From a virus: 64,000 nt of DNA. The notes beneath the pieces were generated by a model that saw only the letters and a list, made by a program, of their open reading frames with translations, was not told the DNA's origin and did not search any database. Made by a program: the position numbers and the translations under genes. Where the stretch lies: positions 10,081 through 74,080 of IMG/VR virus record IMGVR_UViG_3300032309_002624. The stretch is one strand, 5' to 3'. This document shows, piece after piece, positions 59,701 to 64,000 of this stretch. Within the stretch, counting starts at the first letter, position 1. The number at the start of each line of letters is the position of its first letter.

Positions 59701-61819
59701 TAAAGATATTTTTACGGTACCTTCAATGGCGTGTAGAAGAGCCTTTATCAAGAGTGCATCAACAACTATTCAAGCTCCTAAGTCAGACCCTGTACCAAAC
59801 AAGGTTGATGTTCTTGTTGGAAACGTTATTACAGAGACAGTGAGAACTGAAGAGGTAACACAAGAGTGGAAACCAAGAGACAATATAACTAAAAAAGTTG
59901 TAAGAGCTCTATTATCCGAATGTGACTATTTTGAAACAATTAAGGAGGAAACTCCGATGGTTTATGATAATTTAAAGGATAAACTTAAATTTTTCCAACC
60001 TGCATTCCACTCAACAACACCAGAAGGGCTGAACTCGAGATTAACTTTCTTACAACAGTGTATGAGACCTGGTGACACAATACCAACTATCAAACAGAAA
60101 ACACCAAATAGTAAGCCTGAGTTGGAGTACAACAACGCGGTTAACACCGCTTTTGGAGCCCCACCTGTTTTAGTTTTAAGGGTTGGTGATTTTTATAATA
60201 CCAAGATTATACCTAATAACCTTTCGATTCAATATGAAGGATTAGATATTAATCCTGAGGGTATTGGTGTACAACCAATGATTGCGAACGTGACCTTATC
60301 ATTCAACTTTGTTGGTGGTAGTGGGCTAAAAGAATCGATAGACAAACTACAAAACGCGTTAACGTTTAATTACTATGCGAATACTGAGATTTATGATGAT
60401 AGAGCGGATAGTACCGATATTGAATCATCTAAAATCTTAGACCAAATATTCTTGGCGGGACAAACACCTCCACCGATACCTGGAGCTAACAGCGCCGCAC
60501 CAAACAACGGACAAACTAATAACACCGCAATTGGGACTGTTATTAGTAGTTCTGCAACTACAAGTGGTTCAACAGGAGTTATTAGTTACGGAGCGTTTAT
60601 GAGTAAGGTGGTTAGTGAAACTCAAACATATTTTACGAATGTTGTTAACAAAACAAAAGAAACCGTAAACCAATATAATAACGCGGTGAGACAACAATGG
60701 ATGTTAGAAAGAAACTACACTCAAGGTAACTTCAGTGTTGATACTCCTAATGTTGTATTGTTTGGTAAACCAAATAATGTTGAGAAAAGATTTGATGAAA
60801 TCTTCACAGAATTAGATAAAAATATTAAAAATGGTAGTGAAGGGTTTATACAATTTATTTCAGGAACATCTAAAAACTTCTCAAGTAAATTAATTAGAAC
60901 GGTTACAGAAAACTACTCAAACTTTGTTTCGAAAAAGAAAGGGTCGTTCCAAAATGCGGTTTCCAAAATTACTCAAGATTTAGTTAACCAAGAACAGTCT
61001 TACTTACAAACTCTTGGTAGATTGAACGTAATTACATACGCTGGAACAACAAACAACGGTACAGATGGATTCCAAGCTAATAATGGACCTGTAACTGTAT
61101 ACGTGACAATACCTACTGATAAGGTATCAAAGAGTTCGACCAACGCGACCAATACATTACAAGAGTTGGTTAATGATACAAAAAAAATACAAACTGACAT
61201 TTCAGGATTCAACGCAGAGATTTTTTCTAATAAGAAATTTATATATGCGGGAAATAATACTGAGTACGAAGGTATTCTTGTGTTCGAAACAACAAATGGT
61301 AAATCTAAAGCAGTTACAACTCAACAAGTTTTCTTACCTTTTAGTAGGAATGCAAATTTTGAAAATCCAATTTTTAGAAGAGTTTATATGATTGTATCTG
61401 ATGATATTGTTGATGATAAAAAATATCAAACGTTCAAACAACAAATTATTGGTAACGTAATCGGTAACAAAACTATAATTGGAGATGGTTCAGCGGAGAT
61501 TGAGGCGGCATTTGACCTTTATTGGCTCAATACAGCGAAACCCGCATTTGTAGAAGAAAATAATATTACAAAATCTTTTGTGGAAAACTTAGAAAAAAAT
61601 TCCCTGAAAAATTATTTAATATATACACCATTTGAAACTAAAGAAAGAGAATTCAAGTTCACAACTGAAAACGGAGCGGTTGCGGATAAGAAAAAATCAC
61701 AAGAGAATATGATTAAAGGTTTAGCCAATACAACTAATCAAAACACTAACACAAACACTTGGAACGATACAAATGGAAACGCAACGGGTGCATATATATC
61801 AAAAGCAAAACTTAACTAA
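56774..61819 (+). CDS. Large baseplate protein (tube-initiator-like domain with an inserted OmpA-like domain)
   Basis: W...EFLGRPEPIYTY..T.R and APPVLVLRVGDFY...VTLSF halves flank YFGND...SCSAPA..YNVELSRRRIQS. Confidence 0.65.
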   Translation: MGSPLDFVNSEGFRKKLIVRNLTPYAKAPNRPTPPFNTEYVQSDTSVQDSPDQLIDEPSFANQLYPLNQYGNEGGYEQVPDPSALLNTKSNEGEYGYQDANIVDQALPESQKWKPLNVFSNGNQLPLDSAPFFDSLNRPQTTNTSNNQPYPTTFVASSYAPVSILLSPDPGGSNGLLSQDSFIARLGAQTLRKEFEDRIAAQIRQDTLGRANILNVTSGTDVVNILSGVVPILEPNFTITVTANPILAAANFALRLGGSILPVSPIPGSYFDPNVNPGQPTTIQQMSNAFRRSGVGKFFNRLMGGGDTGSQIMFNNMGAGQRSRLFKNIDFNKYKPNFPRTFIDRAAGALTGTQSDNSNFYIGNITSDPSKIFSPVGEVPVNQYGIEQQSPVYGPSELAQLYEGPSQSIRLGANGPTYSNGGGIEGGFTWVSPKYKGNAGKKVGFGGEVTNEDEDFKPSSYNTTESTERVFREGSILDDTQRIIDSQPQGGKRLQHVGNAIDQVSKVFHDGYNELTKGSRVYRYVGAIGQEVGTEYCRVFAKDIPYLQYNDLQKTDGITTEGRRFAYSVLDKTYNLNIVPNKQEGGQDSSNIVGTINNAVAKKYMFSLENLAWRTSSTPGFSTSDLPVCERGPNGGRVMWFPPYGLTFSETVTANWNTNEFLGRPEPIYTYKSTNRGGSLTWKIVVDHPSVLNVIVNKVLANETNRVRIDSILESFFAGCRKYDIYELAKKYQTVNPNDLFQLQQAITSKEMTREQIEYTRKTIESGVNSPNGADQPVSQSTINSEVDALIQKYVNLGLYFGNDYPKQGGNVNYVTEYNRYTSTSNRQYYNSKPNASETSNFFDTVVTPNYKVAEQFCLDLSKIFETNAEGTITLNVDSSCSAPATIAYNVELSRRRIQSMVEFFLNNEQLKKYAGTRLLVKGGNPAGEQTTVSQVKKGTAGQTVFNADSLTNLGKTFNCTDKDVQAAGGDTQSGSKDIFTVPSMACRRAFIKSASTTIQAPKSDPVPNKVDVLVGNVITETVRTEEVTQEWKPRDNITKKVVRALLSECDYFETIKEETPMVYDNLKDKLKFFQPAFHSTTPEGLNSRLTFLQQCMRPGDTIPTIKQKTPNSKPELEYNNAVNTAFGAPPVLVLRVGDFYNTKIIPNNLSIQYEGLDINPEGIGVQPMIANVTLSFNFVGGSGLKESIDKLQNALTFNYYANTEIYDDRADSTDIESSKILDQIFLAGQTPPPIPGANSAAPNNGQTNNTAIGTVISSSATTSGSTGVISYGAFMSKVVSETQTYFTNVVNKTKETVNQYNNAVRQQWMLERNYTQGNFSVDTPNVVLFGKPNNVEKRFDEIFTELDKNIKNGSEGFIQFISGTSKNFSSKLIRTVTENYSNFVSKKKGSFQNAVSKITQDLVNQEQSYLQTLGRLNVITYAGTTNNGTDGFQANNGPVTVYVTIPTDKVSKSSTNATNTLQELVNDTKKIQTDISGFNAEIFSNKKFIYAGNNTEYEGILVFETTNGKSKAVTTQQVFLPFSRNANFENPIFRRVYMIVSDDIVDDKKYQTFKQQIIGNVIGNKTIIGDGSAEIEAAFDLYWLNTAKPAFVEENNITKSFVENLEKNSLKNYLIYTPFETKEREFKFTTENGAVADKKKSQENMIKGLANTTNQNTNTNTWNDTNGNATGAYISKAKLN

Positions 61820-62142
61820 TGGCATATCAGTATTGGAATAGATATAGTGATTTTCTAATAAATGGTGAACAGACCGTGGTACCATACGTACCCCTTGCTC
61901 AAAAACCTACTGACAAAGCATACATTTATAAGGTTGCTAAAAGTAGATTGGATAAGGTTTCACAAGAGTATTATAACTCACCAGTTTTTGGTTGGTTAAT
62001 CCTTCAAGCTAATCCACAATTTGGGGGACTTGAAAACAATATATATGATGGTGCGGTATTGATTATTCCGTTTCCGCTATTACCATCTTTACAGGATTAT
62101 AAGGCCGCTTTAGAAAATCATTTTTATTATTATGGCAGGTAA
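61819..62142 (+). CDS. LysM-like baseplate wedge protein (gp53-like)
   Basis: RLDKVSQEYY...WLILQANP...G.VL.IP. Confidence 0.75.
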   Translation: MAYQYWNRYSDFLINGEQTVVPYVPLAQKPTDKAYIYKVAKSRLDKVSQEYYNSPVFGWLILQANPQFGGLENNIYDGAVLIIPFPLLPSLQDYKAALENHFYYYGR

Positions 62143-64000
62143 CATACAAGCAGACACTAGCGGAAACATTCTCGTAGAATTTGACTACAACAATCTTATT
62201 GTCGTAGACCCAAATAGGACGATTGATTTGTTTGGAAATATTGAAGAACGACTTGTTGACCACGAGAATTTAGTTATGTATGCCAACTTGGAAGCAGATG
62301 TAGTGCCAAGAACAAAACTTGCTGTTGGAGGAAGTCCAGAAGATAGAGTTAGAACTATATCGGTTGCAAAAATGAACTTTTTGAAACCAACAAAAAATTC
62401 GTATCTTGGAACAGGTTATTATGATGAGATTACAGGAGAGAATACAACTCAATTTAAAGGAGAAAACCAACAACTTGAAATCGGACAAACCGACCCTGTT
62501 GGAGGTAATGCTTACATACAGAACACAGTTGCTAATCAAAAAGATATAATTGACAACGGTTTACTCGGAATAACCTCAATCAACATACAAACAAACTCAA
62601 GTTTTATACCTTCTGTAGAAATACAATTAGAGGATATACAAGGTAGAGGGTTATTTCAGTTGGGTAATAATTCGCCATATGCCGCTTTCTTTAATTTACC
62701 TTATCCTCCATTTTATTTAACTCTTAAGGGTTATTATGGACAAGCGGTTAGATATCAACTGAACTTAGAAAAGTTTCACGCCACATTCAATAGTTTTAGT
62801 GGGAACTACCAAGTCAGATTACAGTTCAAAGGATATAAATTTAATATCCTTAATGAGGTTGCAATGGGACACCTATTGGCGGCACCACACATGTATAGTC
62901 AAAGATTTGATATTGCACAAACTGTTGCGGGTCCACAACAATCAAACAAGTCTGCCGAATCACAAGCGAGTACACAAGCTGAAAAGGGAGCCAACAACTT
63001 AGGAGCTAAGGAAGCTGTTGTAACTCAATTAGTGGCCGAAAAGGGATACCAAAAAATTGTTGAAGTTTATAGTGAGTACAAAGCCAAAGGTTTGATTGCT
63101 CCAAACTTTCCTGAACTAACTCTTGTTCAATTGATGATTAAACTCGACCAATTCGAACAAAACATTATGAATTCGTTTGATAAAACGGAAGTCGAGTCAT
63201 TAACAAATGTTAGAAACTATAAAGGAATATTGACACAATATTTCAACAGTGTTAGAGGAGCAAACACATCATGGTTCAATACTTACTTGGACCCGAAACC
63301 TATAATATTGACTAATGGTAATACTGTATATCTATTCAAAGAATTAGAACCAAAAGTAAAAGACGCAGCGTTAACACTATTACAAGAAAATATAACAAGA
63401 TTTAATAAATCTTTGGCGGAAAATCCAACCCTTGGGTCTAAAGGTTTGACACCTATTCCGAATCCCATTGAGTACAAGATGATTGTCATTGACCCTCCAC
63501 AACCTACGGATGTGAATTGGACTGAGACAACAAGGATAAGAACAGGAATAGTTCTACCAACTGTTACAGACGAAAACAATATTAAAAAAGAAATTTTCGA
63601 AAAATCTTTGAAAATAACTTTGGAGGGCTCAAAGCCTCAACTACCTGCGCCAGATAAAGTTGTTCCACAAAAATGTTTTATATTTGAAGGTGAAGGACGA
63701 TTCGACAAACAAATTGCGTTGTTGGAAACACAGGCGAACAAAAAATTATCAGAATATGAAAGTGATATTTCTGCAAAACTATTAAGAAAAATTGAAGATA
63801 CTGCAACTGGTATTGGTTTCAAACCGACAGCCAGAAATATTATCGCGGTTATCATGGCATCTGCCGAAGGTTTCATTAGGTTGTTGGATGACTGTCACAC
63901 AAACGCTTGGAATGTAAAATATGACCCAGTTAGAAGGTTGGCGATATTGGATAACCCATCATCGGCACCAAGTACTGAAACAATGGGAGATGTTAAAATT
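62132..64000 (+). CDS. Large baseplate hub-like protein; runs off the right edge of the window
   Basis: Appears open from ATG at 62132 (MAGNIQADTSG...LGITSINI...VEIQLEDIQG...FYLTLKGYYG) to the window end; follows the LysM gene. Confidence 0.6.
   Translation, partial: MAGNIQADTSGNILVEFDYNNLIVVDPNRTIDLFGNIEERLVDHENLVMYANLEADVVPRTKLAVGGSPEDRVRTISVAKMNFLKPTKNSYLGTGYYDEITGENTTQFKGENQQLEIGQTDPVGGNAYIQNTVANQKDIIDNGLLGITSINIQTNSSFIPSVEIQLEDIQGRGLFQLGNNSPYAAFFNLPYPPFYLTLKGYYGQAVRYQLNLEKFHATFNSFSGNYQVRLQFKGYKFNILNEVAMGHLLAAPHMYSQRFDIAQTVAGPQQSNKSAESQASTQAEKGANNLGAKEAVVTQLVAEKGYQKIVEVYSEYKAKGLIAPNFPELTLVQLMIKLDQFEQNIMNSFDKTEVESLTNVRNYKGILTQYFNSVRGANTSWFNTYLDPKPIILTNGNTVYLFKELEPKVKDAALTLLQENITRFNKSLAENPTLGSKGLTPIPNPIEYKMIVIDPPQPTDVNWTETTRIRTGIVLPTVTDENNIKKEIFEKSLKITLEGSKPQLPAPDKVVPQKCFIFEGEGRFDKQIALLETQANKKLSEYESDISAKLLRKIEDTATGIGFKPTARNIIAVIMASAEGFIRLLDDCHTNAWNVKYDPVRRLAILDNPSSAPSTETMGDVKI

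Noticed and set aside
256-63876. Numerous short ORFs nested within or antisense to long genes (e.g. 256..498, 54761..54973, 62063..63876 set)
   Set aside because: They overlap well-supported genes, including the two edge-truncated ORFs, and show no recognisable motifs.
1-64000. Stop-codon reassignment as seen in some large phages
   Set aside because: Conserved genes (PolB, sheath, PhoH, NadE) are full length and densely packed in the standard code.
1-64000. tRNA/rRNA genes, integrase, transposase, or diversity-generating retroelement
   Set aside because: Intergenic gaps are short and AT-rich with no cloverleaf seen; no reverse transcriptase, recombinase or template/variable repeat pair was recognised.

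Overview
This window is a 64-kb segment of a large, AT-rich, T4-like contractile-tailed (myovirus/jumbo-type) phage genome read in the standard genetic code. It is not a cellular chromosome. Left third (minus strand): a gp55-like late sigma factor, PhoH, dUTPase, NadE and an exonuclease, interleaved with a ~22-kb block of glycosyltransferases, NDP-sugar enzymes and methyltransferases. Middle (plus strand): four Cys-rich, probably virion-surface proteins carrying long Thr/Pro (mucin-like) tracts, followed directly by a four-gene glycosyltransferase operon headed by a GT60-family protein:GlcNAc transferase. Right half: family B DNA polymerase, neck proteins, an Mn/Fe-SOD fused to a nuclease-like domain, SNF2 helicase, SET-domain protein, tail sheath, tube, tail chaperone with a candidate +1 frameshift, tape measure and baseplate genes. 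The best candidate for an undescribed system is a phage-encoded mucin-type O-glycosylation system, with its own mucin-like substrates next to the initiating and elongating enzymes. Other notable signals are a recurrent TATTTAT late-promoter motif and putative capsid-targeting/cleavage leaders on cargo enzymes. All family assignments come from motif recognition by eye; no database search was run.
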